Numbered from the stretch's first letter, positions 26,131 to 36,649 are shown. The stretch: 48,446 nucleotides of DNA from Chiloscyllium plagiosum (GCF_004010195.1 NC_057750.1:9381938-9430383), one strand, 5' to 3'. Numbers and translations: made by a program. The notes: generated by a model not told the origin, from the letters alone.

Positions 26131-27705
26131 TCAGGGGTCCCTCTCCTTCTTCACCTTGATGTCACCGGCCAGGATGGTGGCGATCTCTCCCTGCATGAAG
26201 GCCCAGGGCACGTTGGAGCCGATGAGCGGGCACTTTTCACCGCTGGGGCAGTAGACCTCGCCGTTGGCCCCCTGCGACTTGATGCTCTCCCGGGAGCAGG
26301 GGAAGCAGAACTTGTGGCCGGGCACCGAGGGGCACTGGACGAAGTGGGTGTCCTCCAGCCGCTGGTGGCAGATGGTGCAGCAGAGAGGGCTGCTGGAGGA
26401 GTCCGGGGCACCCGCCGACGGCGCGGCGGGGGGTGGCGGCGGTTGAGGAGGGGGGGGCTCGGCTCCCGGCTCAACCTCGCCGCCGTTACGGGAGGTCAGG
26501 CGCCTCTGGCCGGGGGCCGCGGTGGTGGAGTGCACCGCCTCCTTGGGGAGCAGGGGGTCGGCGGCCGAGCCGGAGGAGCCGGCCGGGGAGTGACCCTCCG
26601 GAGGCCAGGCCTGGGGGTCCCCCGGGGGGAGGCCTTTGCAGGCCTCAGGCTCCGGCGAGGCCTTGCGGCGCCTGGGTGGGCCCAAAGGCCTGGAGGAGGT
26701 GGGAGGGGGGGGTGGCCGGCTGAGCCCGGGCTCGGCGTGTGGCTCCGGCAGCAGGTCGGCGGGCACGGCCTCCTTGAAGAGGCGGGCGGCCTCGGTCAGG
26801 AGGTGGGACAGGGGCCTCCAGTCGCCGGCTCCGGGCCTCCTCTCGTACTCGAGGCACTCCAGGCCCGGGGCCTGCGCTTCCTTGGCGCTGTCGGCCAACA
26901 TGTGCCGCACGGCCTCGGCCACCCCGGAGTGCACCGCCCCGGAGCCGCTCGGATACTCGATGAACAGCCTCAGCTCCAGGGCCCGGTCCGGGCAGCGCTC
27001 CGCCGCGTCGAAGGCCAACACCCGGGCCTGGAGGCTGGGCTCGGCCCGCAGCCGGAGGGGGAAGGGGGCGCAGTCGGACAGGCCGAGCAGGGAGTCCCTG
27101 ACGGCGGCCGGGCGGCCGGCCCACTCCTCGGTTCGGTGCCTGAAGGCGCGGCCCAGCTCCGACAGAGAGGCCTCGGCCCCGGGTCCGGGCCCGTGTCCGG
27201 GCGGCAGCGGCGGCCCCGCCTTCTCCCGCAGCGCCCTCTCCAGCTCGTGCCGCCCTCGGCCTAACTCGAGGCCCAGGCTGAGGCCCAGCGGCGGGCCCGA
27301 GCGCGGGCTGAGGCCCAGGAGGGGGCGGCCTCGGGCGGTGGGCGGCGGCGGGGGCGGAGGTGGGGGGACCTCAGACCCGGGGTAATCCCCCAGGAGGAGC
27401 CGGTGATGGTGATGGGCAGCCGGGGCTGGAGGGGGTAAGGGAGTCCGGGGCCTGGCCTGGGCCTGAGCCTGCGCCTGGGCCCCGGGAGCCGGGAGGCCGT
27501 GCGCCCGCTTCAGGTGCCGGGTCTGCTCGATGACCAGCTCGATGCGGTCCGCTCCCTCATAGTTAACGCAGCCCCGGCACACGGCCTGAGAGAAATCCCA
27601 GATCATCGCCCACGGCATCCGCGGCAGGTCACACAGGTAACACGAGTGGCGCCGGGACGAGGACGGCGACGAGGCCGAGGCCGCGGGCGGAGGGGCCGAG
27701 CCCAT
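26131..27705 (-). CDS. IRF2BP1: Interferon regulatory factor 2-binding protein 1 (IRF2BP family corepressor / RING E3), single exon, 524 aa from the ATG at 27705
   Basis: N-terminal C4 zinc finger SRRHSCYLCDLPRMPWAMIWDFSQAVCRGCVNYEGADRIE; middle domain EEWAGRP...ELRLFIEYPSGSG...EYERR; RRRKASPEPE and VHSTT motifs; C-terminal RING CCTICHQRLEDTHFVQCPSVPGHKFCFPC...GDIKVKKERDP. AVCRG, RIEL, VPGH, GDIK and RRRKASPEPE favour IRF2BP1 over IRF2BPL/IRF2BP2 by recall. The ORF-track start at 27771 is GTG. Confidence 0.93.
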   Translation of the reverse strand: MGSAPPPAASASSPSSSRRHSCYLCDLPRMPWAMIWDFSQAVCRGCVNYEGADRIELVIEQTRHLKRAHGLPAPGAQAQAQAQARPRTPLPPPAPAAHHHHRLLLGDYPGSEVPPPPPPPPPTARGRPLLGLSPRSGPPLGLSLGLELGRGRHELERALREKAGPPLPPGHGPGPGAEASLSELGRAFRHRTEEWAGRPAAVRDSLLGLSDCAPFPLRLRAEPSLQARVLAFDAAERCPDRALELRLFIEYPSGSGAVHSGVAEAVRHMLADSAKEAQAPGLECLEYERRPGAGDWRPLSHLLTEAARLFKEAVPADLLPEPHAEPGLSRPPPPPTSSRPLGPPRRRKASPEPEACKGLPPGDPQAWPPEGHSPAGSSGSAADPLLPKEAVHSTTAAPGQRRLTSRNGGEVEPGAEPPPPQPPPPPAAPSAGAPDSSSSPLCCTICHQRLEDTHFVQCPSVPGHKFCFPCSRESIKSQGANGEVYCPSGEKCPLIGSNVPWAFMQGEIATILAGDIKVKKERDP

Positions 27706-27800
27706 CGGGGACAATGGCGGGCGGACCCTCTCTCGGAGACTAGGCCTCAGGCGCCACTGCGCATGCGTCACCCCAGGCTGATGTCACCGCGCCCGCGCCG
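27706..27800 (-). promoter_or_regulatory. Compact CpG-island proximal promoter / 5' UTR
   Basis: YY1-like CCGCCATTGT (minus, 27711-27720), NRF1 site TGCGCATGCG (27758-27767), CRE half-site CGTCA (27766-27770) and CRE-like TGATGTCA (27779-27786). Confidence 0.6.
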
Positions 27801-30800
27801 CACGGCCTTCTGGGAGGTGTAGTCCACACGGGCCACTGGCAGTAGTGATGCGCACGGCCTTCTGGGAGGTGTAGTCCGCGAGCCCCTCTGGGAGGCGTAG
27901 TCCGCACGGGCCACTGGCAGCGGTGGTGCACACGGCCTTCTGGGAGGTGTAGTCCGCAAAGGTCCCTGGCAGTAGTGATGCGCACGGCCTTCTGGGAGGT
28001 GTAGTCCACACGGACCACTGGCAGTAGTGATGCGCACGGCCCTCTAGGAGGTGTAGTCCGCACGGGCCACTGGCAGGTGGTGCGCACAGCCCTCTGGGAG
28101 GTGTAGTCCGCACAGGCCACTGGCAGGTGGTGCGCACAGCCCTCTGGGAGATGTAGTCCACACGGGCCACTGGCAGCGGTGGTGCACACGGCCCTCTGGG
28201 AGGTGTAGTCCGCACGGGCCACTGGCAGTATTGGTGCGCACGGCCCTCTGGGAGGTGTAGTCCGCACGGGCCACTGGCAGCGGTGGTGCACACGGCCTTC
28301 TGGGAGGTGTAGTCCGTACGGGCCACTGGCAGGTGGTGCGCACAGCCCTCTGGGAGGTGTAGTCCACACGGGCCACTGGCAGCGGTGGTGCGCACAGCCC
28401 TCTGGGAGATGTAGTCCACACGGGCCACTGGCAGCGGTGGTGCACACGGCCTTCTGGGAGGTGTAGTCCGTACGGGCCACTGGCAGGTGGTGCGCATAGC
28501 CCTCTGGGAGGTGTAGTCCACACGGGCCACTGGCAGCAGTGGTGCGCACAGCCCTCTGGGAGATGTAGTCCACACGGACCACTGGCAGTAGTGATGCGCA
28601 CGGCCTTCTGGGAGGTGTAGTCCGCACGGGCCACTGGCATTGGTGGTGCGCACGGCCCTCTGGGAGGTGTAGTCCGCACGGGCCACTGGCAGTATTGGTG
28701 CGCACGGCCCTCTGGGAGGTGTAGTCCGCACAGGCCACTGGCAGGTGGTGCGCACAGCCCTCTGGGAGGTGTAGTCCACACGGGCCACTGGCAGCGGTGG
28801 TGCGCACAGCCCTCTGGGAGATGTAGTCCACACGGGCCACTGGCAGTAGTGATGCGCACGGCCTTCTGGGAGGCGTAGTCCGCACGGACCACTGGCAGCG
28901 GTGGTGCGCATGGCCCTCTGGGAGGTGTAGTCCGCACAGGCCACTGGCAGTAGTGATGCGCACGGCCCTCTGGGAGGTGTAGTCCGCATGGGCCACTGGC
29001 AGTATTGGTGCGCATGGCCCTCTGGGAGGTGTAGTCCGCACGGACCACTGGCAGTATTGGTGCGCACGGCCCTCTGGGAGGTGTAGTCCGCGAGGCCTTC
29101 TGGGAAGTGTAGTTCGCATGGACCACTAGCATTGGTGGTGCGCATGGCCCTCTGGGAGGTGTAGTCCGCATGGACCACTGGCAGTGGTGGTGCGCACAGC
29201 CCTCTGGGAGGTGTAGTCCGCACAGGCCACTGGCAGTAGTGATGCGCACGGCCTTCTGGGATGTGTAGTCCGCACAGGCCACTGGCAGGAGTGATGCGCA
29301 CGGCCTTCTGGGAGGTGTAGTCCACGAGACCCTCTGGGAGGTGTAGTCCACACGGGCCACTGGCAGGTGGTGCGCACAGCCCTCTGGAAGGTGTAGTCCA
29401 CACGGGCCACTGGCAGCGGTGGTGCGCACGGCCCTCTGGGAGGTGTAGTCCACACAGGCCACTGGCAGTGGTGGTGAGCACAGCCCTCTGGGAGGTGTAG
29501 TCCGCCTGGGCCACTGGCAGTAGTGATGTGCACGGCCTTCTGGGAGGTGTGGTCCGCACGGGCCACTGGCAGTAGTGGTGCGCACGGACTTCTGGGAGGT
29601 GTAGTCCGCAAGGGCCACTGGCAGTAATGATGCGCACGGCCCTCTGGGAGGTGTAGTCCGCACGGACCACTGGCAGTATTGGTGCGCACGGCCCCCTGGG
29701 AGGTGTAGTCCGCACGGACCACTGGCAGTATTGGTGCGCACGGCCCTCTGGGAGGTGTAGTCCGCGAGGCCTTTTGGGAAGTGTAGTCCGCATGGACCAC
29801 TGGCAGTGGTGGTGCACATGGCCCTCTGGGAGGTGTAGTCCGCACGGACCACTGGCAGTGGTGGTGCGCACAGCCCTCTGGGAGGTGTAGTCCGCGAGGC
29901 CTTTTGAGAAGTGGAGTCTGCACGGACCACTCGCGGTTGTGGTGCGCACAGCCCTCTGGGAGGTGTAGTCCGCACGGACCACTGGCAGTGGTGGTGCGCA
30001 CAGCCCTCTGGGAGGTGTAGTCCGCGAGGCCTTCTGGGATGTGTAGTTCGCATGGACCACTAGCATTGGTGGTGCGCACGGCCCTCTGGGAGGTGTAGTC
30101 CGCATGGACCACTGGCAGTGGTGGTGCGCACAGCTCTCTGGGAGGTGTAGTCTGCATGGACCACTGGCAGTGGTGGTGCGCACAGCCCTATGGGAGGTGT
30201 AGTCCGCACAGGCCACTGGCAGTAGTGATGCGCACGGCCTTCTGGGATGTGTAGTCCGCACAGGCTACTGGCAGTAGTGATGCGCATGGCCTTCTGGGAG
30301 GTGTAGTCCACGAGACCCTCTGGGAGGTGTAGTCCACACGGGCCACTGGCAGGTGGTGCGCACAGCCCTCTGGGAGGTGTAGTCCACACAGACCACTGGC
30401 AGTGGTGGTGAGCACAGCCCTCTGGGAGGTGTAGTCCGCCCGGGCCACTGGCAGTGGTGGTGAGCACAGCCCTCTGGGAGGTGTAGTCCACACAGGCCAC
30501 TGGCAGTGGTGGTGGGCACAGCCCTCTGGGAGGTGTAGTCCGCCCGGGCCACTGGCAGTAGTGATGTGCACGGCCTTCTGGAAGGTGTGGTCCGCATGGA
30601 CCACTGGCAGTAGTGGTGCGCACGGTCTTCTGGGAGGTGTAGTCTGCATGGGCCACTGGCAGTAGTGATGTGCACGGCCTTCTGGAAGGTGTGGTCCGCA
30701 TGGGCCACTGGCAGTAGTGGTGCGCACGGCCTTCTGGAAGGTGTGGTCCGCATGGGCCACTGGCAGTAGTCGTGCGCACGGCCTTCTGGGAGGTGTAGTC

Positions 30801-31578
30801 CGCATGGGCCACTGGCAGTAATGATGCGCACGGCCCTCTGGGAGGTGTAGTCCGCACGGACCACTGGCAGTATTGGTGCGCACGGCCCTCTGGGAGGTGT
30901 TGTCCGCACGGACCACTGGCAGTATTGGTGCGCACGGCCCTCTGGGAGGTGTAGTCCGCGAGGCCTTTTGAGAAGTGTAGTCTGCATGGACCACTGGCAG
31001 TGGTGGTGCACACGGCCCTCTGGGAGGTGTAGTCCGCACTGACCACTGGCAGTGGTGGTGCGCATGGCCCTCTGGGAGGTGTAGTCCGCGAGGCCTTCTG
31101 GGGAGTGTAGTCCGCACGAACCACTCGCGGTTGTGGTGCGCACGGCCCTCTGGGAGGTGTAGTCCGCACGGACCACTGGCAGTGGTGGTGCGCACAGCCC
31201 TCTGGGAGGTGTAGTCTGCACGGGCCACTGGCAGTGGTGGTGCACACAGCCCTCTGGGAGGTGTAGTCCACGAGGCTCTCTGGGAGGTGTAGTCCACACG
31301 GGCCACTGGCAGGTGGTGCGCACAGCCCTCTGGGAGGTGTAGTCCACGAGGCCCTCTGGGAGGTGTAGTCCACACGGGCCACTGGCAGTGGTGGTGCACA
31401 CAGCCCTCTGGGAGGTGTAGTCCATGAGGTCCTCTGGGAGGTGTAGTCCACACCGGCCACTGGCAGTGGTGGTGCACACATCCCTCTGGGAGGTGTAGTC
31501 CACGAGGCCCTCTGGGAGATGTGGTCTGCACGGCCCTCTGGGAGGTGCACCGCACGGCCCCCTGGGAGATGTAGTTCT
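27796..31578. repeat. Promoter-abutting minisatellite of 52/50/26-bp units with ~80 ZNF143/THAP11-type motifs and MRE matches
   Basis: Core CTGGGAGGTGTAGTCC (minus strand GGACTACACCTCCCAG) counted about 80 times by eye, spaced 52, 50 or 26 bp; TGCGCACGGCCC or TGCACACGGCC at unit junctions. Confidence 0.95.
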
Positions 31579-31683
31579 ATTCACCCTTCCTCCCTCAGAA
31601 GTGTCAGAGATGTACAGCATGGAAATAGACCCTTCAGTCCCACTCATCCATGCTGACCAGATATCCCAACCTCATCTAGTCCT

Positions 31684-31808
31684 GATTTGGAGATGCCAGT
31701 GTTTGGACTGGGGTGAACAAAGTTACAAATCACACAACAGCAGGTTATAGTCCAACAGGTTTAGTTGGAAGCAGTAGCTTTCGGAGCGCTGCTCCTGATG
31801 AACCACCC
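31684..31808 (-). mobile_element. PLE-derived short element (second family)
   Basis: GATTTGGAGATGCCAGTG...TTATAGTCCAACAGGTTT...TAGCTTTCGGAGCGCTGCTCC; homologous to 45325-45522. Confidence 0.7.
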
Positions 31809-31906
31809 GTCTAGCGAGGAAAGAGCAGACTTCAACAGTAACAGCAAAATCGATTCATAAAACCATGAAGGCTTTATTGCCTGTCGTATTTTGCTGACAC
31901 TGTTAG

Positions 31907-31990
31907 GTCCCGTTGTGGCACAGTGGTAGTGTCCCTACTCCTGTACTAGGAGGCCCACGTTCAAATCCCTCCTAGAGGTGTGTTGTAACA
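31907..31990 (+). mobile_element. Degenerate tRNA-derived SINE head; related partial copy at 32143-32185
   Basis: A box TGGCACAGTGG and B box GTTCAAATCC. Confidence 0.5.
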
Positions 31991-32582
31991 TCTTTGAACA
32001 TAGAAGAGTACAGTACAGGCCATTTGGCCCTCAATGTTGTGCCGGCCTTTTATCATGCTCTAAGATCAGAAAAGGTTTTTGACAGATCTTTGACCAAGTT
32101 GGTTAGAAAAATAGGTTAAAAAAAAAAAATTGACACCCTTCGGTCCTGCTGTGGCACATTGGTAGTGTCCCTCTCTCTAGATCAGGAAGCAGAGAGCAGT
32201 GATATCTTTGAGCAGAAAATATCTTTCCTGGCCAAGCAGCTAGACCCACTGCCTTGCCTTTTCCTGTAGACCAGCATCTTACTGCATTTCAGGTCTTGAA
32301 TCAAATTCCATTGAAAAATCCACAATTGAGCATTCCAGCTTCTACCCGCTCGCTGCGTCAAAATGGGTTTCCCCATGCCGTCTTTCAATCATTTGCTAAT
32401 GTCCTTACATCAGTGCTCTCTGCTCCTCAATGCTTCTGCCAAAGAGAATGGGTTCCCCTCATCTACTCTGTCCAGATGCCTCATGGTTTTAAAAGCATCA
32501 CTCATATTCTTTTTTCTAATCTAGTCTCGCCGCCAAGTGTTAGTCAATGCTGAACATCCCATAATACTTACTTACCTAATAA

Positions 32583-32884
32583 GGGACGCCTTGGTTGCTC
32601 AGTGGTCAGCACTGCTGCCTCACAGCACCAGGGTCCCAGGTTCGATTCCAGCCTCGGGCGACTGTCTGTGTGGAGTTTGCACATTCTCCCCATGTCTGTG
32701 CAGGTTCACTCCGGTTTCCTCCCACAGTCCAAAGATCTGCAGGGCAGGTGATTTGGCCATGCTAAATTGTCCATAGTGTTTGGTGCACTAGTCAGAGGGG
32801 GGGGGGTTGGTTACTCTTCGGAGGGTCGGTGTGGACTGGTTGGGCCGAAGGACCTGTTTCCACACTGTAGGGAATCTAATCTAA
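32583..32884 (+). mobile_element. HE1-like SINE
   Basis: Head, B box GGTTCGATTCC, V-domain and AATCTAATCT tail. Confidence 0.87.
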
Positions 32885-32888
32885 CACT

Positions 32889-33112
32889 GCTGAAAATGTG
32901 TTGCTGGTAAAGCACAGCAGGTCAGGCAGCATCCAAGGAACAGGAGAATCGACGTTTCGGGCATAAGCCCTTCATCAGGAGGACTGACACTCCGAAAGCT
33001 TATGCCCGAAACATCGATTCTCCTGCTCCTTGGATGCTGCCTGACCTGCTGTGCTTTACCAGCAACACATTTTCAGCTCTGATCTCCAGCATCTGCAGAC
33101 CTCACTTTCTCC
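32889..33112. mobile_element. Palindromic PLE-derived element with 16-bp flanking duplication
   Basis: Arms GCTGAAAATGTGTTGCTGGTAAAGCAC and GTGCTTTACCAGCAACACATTTTCAGC; AATCTAATCTAACACT occurs at 32873 and 33113. Confidence 0.85.
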
Positions 33113-33957
33113 AATCTAATCTAACACTCAGTGAACATCCCATAATACTCGCTTACCTAATAGCACTCAGTGAACACCCCATAATATTCACTGCGGATAA
33201 CATTCAGTGAATATTCCATAATACTCACTTGTCGTGTCCCTCGTGGGAATAATAGGAACTGGAAATCAAGCCCCATTATCCTTTGAGCTGTCAGAAGTGG
33301 GAAATATTGAATTTCTAGGACAGTCAATGCCTGACTGTGGCCACTATTGAAGAGAAAGTGAACCTATACTAGGTTTCATGAATGAACAAAAAAACTAAAA
33401 AGTTATTTATTAAAACAAACAAATCCTCTAAGACGTAGCAATACAGCTTATTAATTCCGAGTACGTAAACTTAGGCTATACCTTACAAGAAATCCAAACA
33501 TCACAACATCAAGGTTAGTGGAACAAGTTCCAAGCCAAAAAGGGTGGAATAGTTCCTCACAGTTCATTTTTAATCCTGGTGAAGATATCATGTTGTCGAC
33601 ACCGTGGTGTTCCTCAATTTGGTAGTTGGTCAGTTGGACCTAGGTCTCGGCTTGAATTAGAAGTTGTCTTTCTTTTTGTAAAGTGTTTGAGGATTATTTT
33701 GTTCCAATTAAAAAAGAGATAAAGAGAACAATTTTTGTTTAGCAGATTTGAATGTCCGAGTCTGAACTGATCTCCCTGCTCTCCCATTCAGTGAGAAATT
33801 GCCAAACCAATCCAAAACCTGTTGTGTTTCCCCAGAGACACTTAGCACTGGTACAAAAATATTAAATCTAGATCTAGCCAAGGAACACCTCACAGCTCCA
33901 CTTTACCTTCAAGTTATGAAAAAAATCCCAGAATCTCTACTTTCGTTTTCCAGTTAG

Positions 33958-34222
33958 GAGAGGGGAAAGATTTAAAAGGGACCTAAGGGGTAACGTTTTC
34001 ACACAGAGGGTGGTGCGTGTATGGAATGAGCTGCCAGAGGGAGTGGTGGAGGCTGGTACAATTACAGCATTTAAGAGGCATCTGGATGGGTATGTGAATA
34101 GGAAGGGTTTGGTGGGATATGGGCCAAGTGCTGGCAAATGGCTCTAGATTAGGTCAGGATATCTGGTTAGCATGGACGGGTTGGTTTGAAGGGTCTGTTT
34201 CTGTGCTGTACATCTCTATGAC
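33958..34222 (+). mobile_element. HER1/CR1 LINE 3' end
   Basis: TTCACACAGAGGGTGGTGCGTGTATGGAATGAGCTGCC...CATCTCTATGAC tail. Confidence 0.85.
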
Positions 34223-34363
34223 ATGACATGTCCTGCCATCGGAATTTTATGTGCTATTTGTAATATCTCTTCATGAAATCTGGATTCTAATGTTTATTTG
34301 ATCAATATCCATTCATTCTTTGTTTGCAGGGTGACTGCATTTCCTGATCAGATCTCGGATTTC

Positions 34364-34990
34364 ACTGCTGCCTCACAGCATCAGGGATTCGGGTTTGATC
34401 CCAGCCTCGGGTGACTGTCTTTATGGAGCTGATGCATTCCTCCCAATTCCTGATGAAGGGCTTTTGCCTGAAACGTCGATTTTCCTGCCCCTCAGATGCT
34501 GCCTAACCTGCTGTGCTTTTCCAGCACCTACTCTAACCTAGACTCTGATCTCCAGCATCTGCAGTACTTGCTTCCACCTAGCATTCCTCCCACAGTCCAA
34601 CAGTGTGCAGGTTAGGGTGGATTGGCCGTGCTAAATTACCCCATAGTGTCCAGGGATGTGCAGGTTAGGGTGGATTGGCCATGCTAAATTACCCCATAGT
34701 GTCCAGGGATGTGTAGGTTAGGGTGGATTGGCCATGCTAAATTACCCCATAGTGTCCAGGGATGTGCAGGTTAGGGTGGATTGGCCATGCTAAATTACCC
34801 CATAGTGTTCAGGGATGTGTAGGTTAGGGTGGATTGGCCATGCTAAATTGCCCCATAGTGTTCAGGGATGTGTAGGTTAGGGTGGATTGGCCATGGGAAA
34901 TGCAGGGTCACAGGGACTGGGTAGGGGGGGTGAGTCAGGGTGGGATGCTCTTTGTATAGTCAGCGTGGACCTAGAGAGATTCTACTGTAG
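34364..34990 (+). mobile_element. HE1-like SINE with a nested PLE arm (34446-34580) and six internal 53-bp tandem repeats
   Basis: ATTGGCC recurs at 34621, 34674, 34727, 34780, 34833 and 34886; GCATTCCTCCCA is duplicated at 34434 and 34581. Confidence 0.85.
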
Positions 34991-35834
34991 AGATTCTACA
35001 AACAAATTCCCTGAATAATAGTCTGGGATTCCTTGCTCCTCTGTGTCTGTGTGAGCTGCCTTTGGATCTGCTTCCTTCAGGGAAGCTCCTGTCTTCTCTA
35101 ACCTCTGCTTGTGCCCTTACTGTAACCTCTGGCGATGGGTTTTTGCTTCGCTCTCTCTCTGGTCACTCGACGGAAAAGTACCCGGAACTTGTTCCCGTGA
35201 CTGTCCCATCTCCTCAGCCTTTCTGGGATTAATCCCAGCGTTCCTCCACTCCTGGCCACTTGGTGGTTGTTGCCTTGAGCTATGAAGCGATAGACATTAG
35301 CCTTTCCAAGTCTCTGCGTCTCTGGCTCCTGCTTTTTGGGGGCTTCTTAAACCCACCCAACCGAGTGACTTGTCCTGTGGGTTCTGGCTCAAAAAGAAAA
35401 CGGCAGAGGGAACTGTTTGGTACAATTCAGGCACTGGGCAGTGGGGAGGAGGAGAGGCTGAATGTTCCTCCTTCTTGCTGCTCCCATTTTGTTCTGGCAT
35501 GTTAACGTTGCGCTGTGAGTTGTTGTTGTCTGTGCTGAAATCCCCACATGCTCCAGAAGGTAGCACACTCTCTCACTGGTGATCTGAACCAACTGACTGG
35601 AGGACAGGGATACACTTCAAAGGGTGAGGAGCTCAGTCGCTCAGCACCGAGTGACAAAACACAGGGAGGGGGAGGGTTTGCACATGTGTCAGTGCTGGGG
35701 AAACTTGGCAGGTCTGTGTGGAGAGAGAGAGAGAGAGAGGAAAACAGCATTAACGTTGGAATGTAACGTTGGGATCTGCTGCTGGGCTCCAATATTATTG
35801 AGGACTCACACTTGCGTCATCTATAGATCTCAAG

Positions 35835-36620
35835 ACCAGAAGGCAGAAGAGCAACAGTAGGCCATTCAGCCCATCGAATCTGCTCTGCCACTCAACGAGA
35901 TCATGGCTGACCTGATAAGTCTCCACTCAGCTTTCTTTGCTTAACCCTCGGCTCCCTTCCTGATTAAAAAAATCTCTCTGTCTCAGCCTTGAATACGTGG
36001 GTCGCTCCACGACAACGCGACAGCTGTGTTCCTCTGCGGGACCTCACTTTGTGGAAAAGCCCGCTGCAGAGGGTCGCTAATAGAACGGCGCCACACCCAT
36101 TCAGTGGAAAGTCTGCGTTATCCAAACGACGTCCACAGTTCGTCAATCGCATTACAGCCATGCTGACGAAACGTGCGTTGTAGAACTACAGCCTGTACAT
36201 AATGCCCCATCGTCGGCGGTAAAGAATTCCGCAGATCCACTCCCCGATGAGATTAGAAATTCCTCCTTGTCTCCCTCTCTCTTAAACAGTCAATCCCTCA
36301 TTCTGAGATGATGTCCTCTAAATCCTAGACATTCCCACGAGGGGAAATCACCTCTACCCTGTCAAGTGTCCTCAGAACTTTTGTACGTTTTAATAAATTT
36401 GCCTCTCATTCTTCTAAACTCCAATGAGTACAGGCCCAACCTACTCTAGATCTCCTCATTAGAGAGTGTCTCCATACCCAGGGCCAGCCGAGTGACCCTT
36501 CTCTGGATTGCCTCCAATGCCAGTCTATATTTCCCGAGATAAGGGGACCAACATTGTCCAGCTGTGGTCTGACGAGAGCCTTGTATCATTTTAGCAAGAC
36601 TTCCTGATTTATATACTCCG
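35835..36620 (-). mobile_element. Degraded CR1 LINE 3' fragment interrupted by a CpG-rich insert (~35995-36215)
   Basis: GTAGGCCATTCAGCCCATCGAATCTGCTC tail and GGGGACCAACATTGT...AGCAAGACTTC body. Confidence 0.6.
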
Positions 36621-36649
36621 TTCCTGTATTCTGGAGTCAGTCATACATT

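Noticed and set aside
26314..27385. Antisense and alternate-frame ORFs over IRF2BP1
   Set aside because: They are a by-product of very high GC content and have no recognisable domains.
27706..27771. ORF-track N-terminal extension MTHAQWRL
   Set aside because: It starts at GTG and overlaps promoter motifs. The ATG at 27705 sits just before the conserved zinc finger, as in homologs.
27796..31578. CRISPR-like repeat-spacer array
   Set aside because: The intervening segments are near-identical homologs of the repeat itself, not unique spacers. The context is vertebrate and there are no cas genes.
27740..31647. Long Cys/His-rich ORFs (343-825 aa) on the minus strand
   Set aside because: All three frames are open because the unit lacks stops on that strand. 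The 52/50/26-bp units are not multiples of three, so the same peptides rotate through frames; there is no codon-level constraint.
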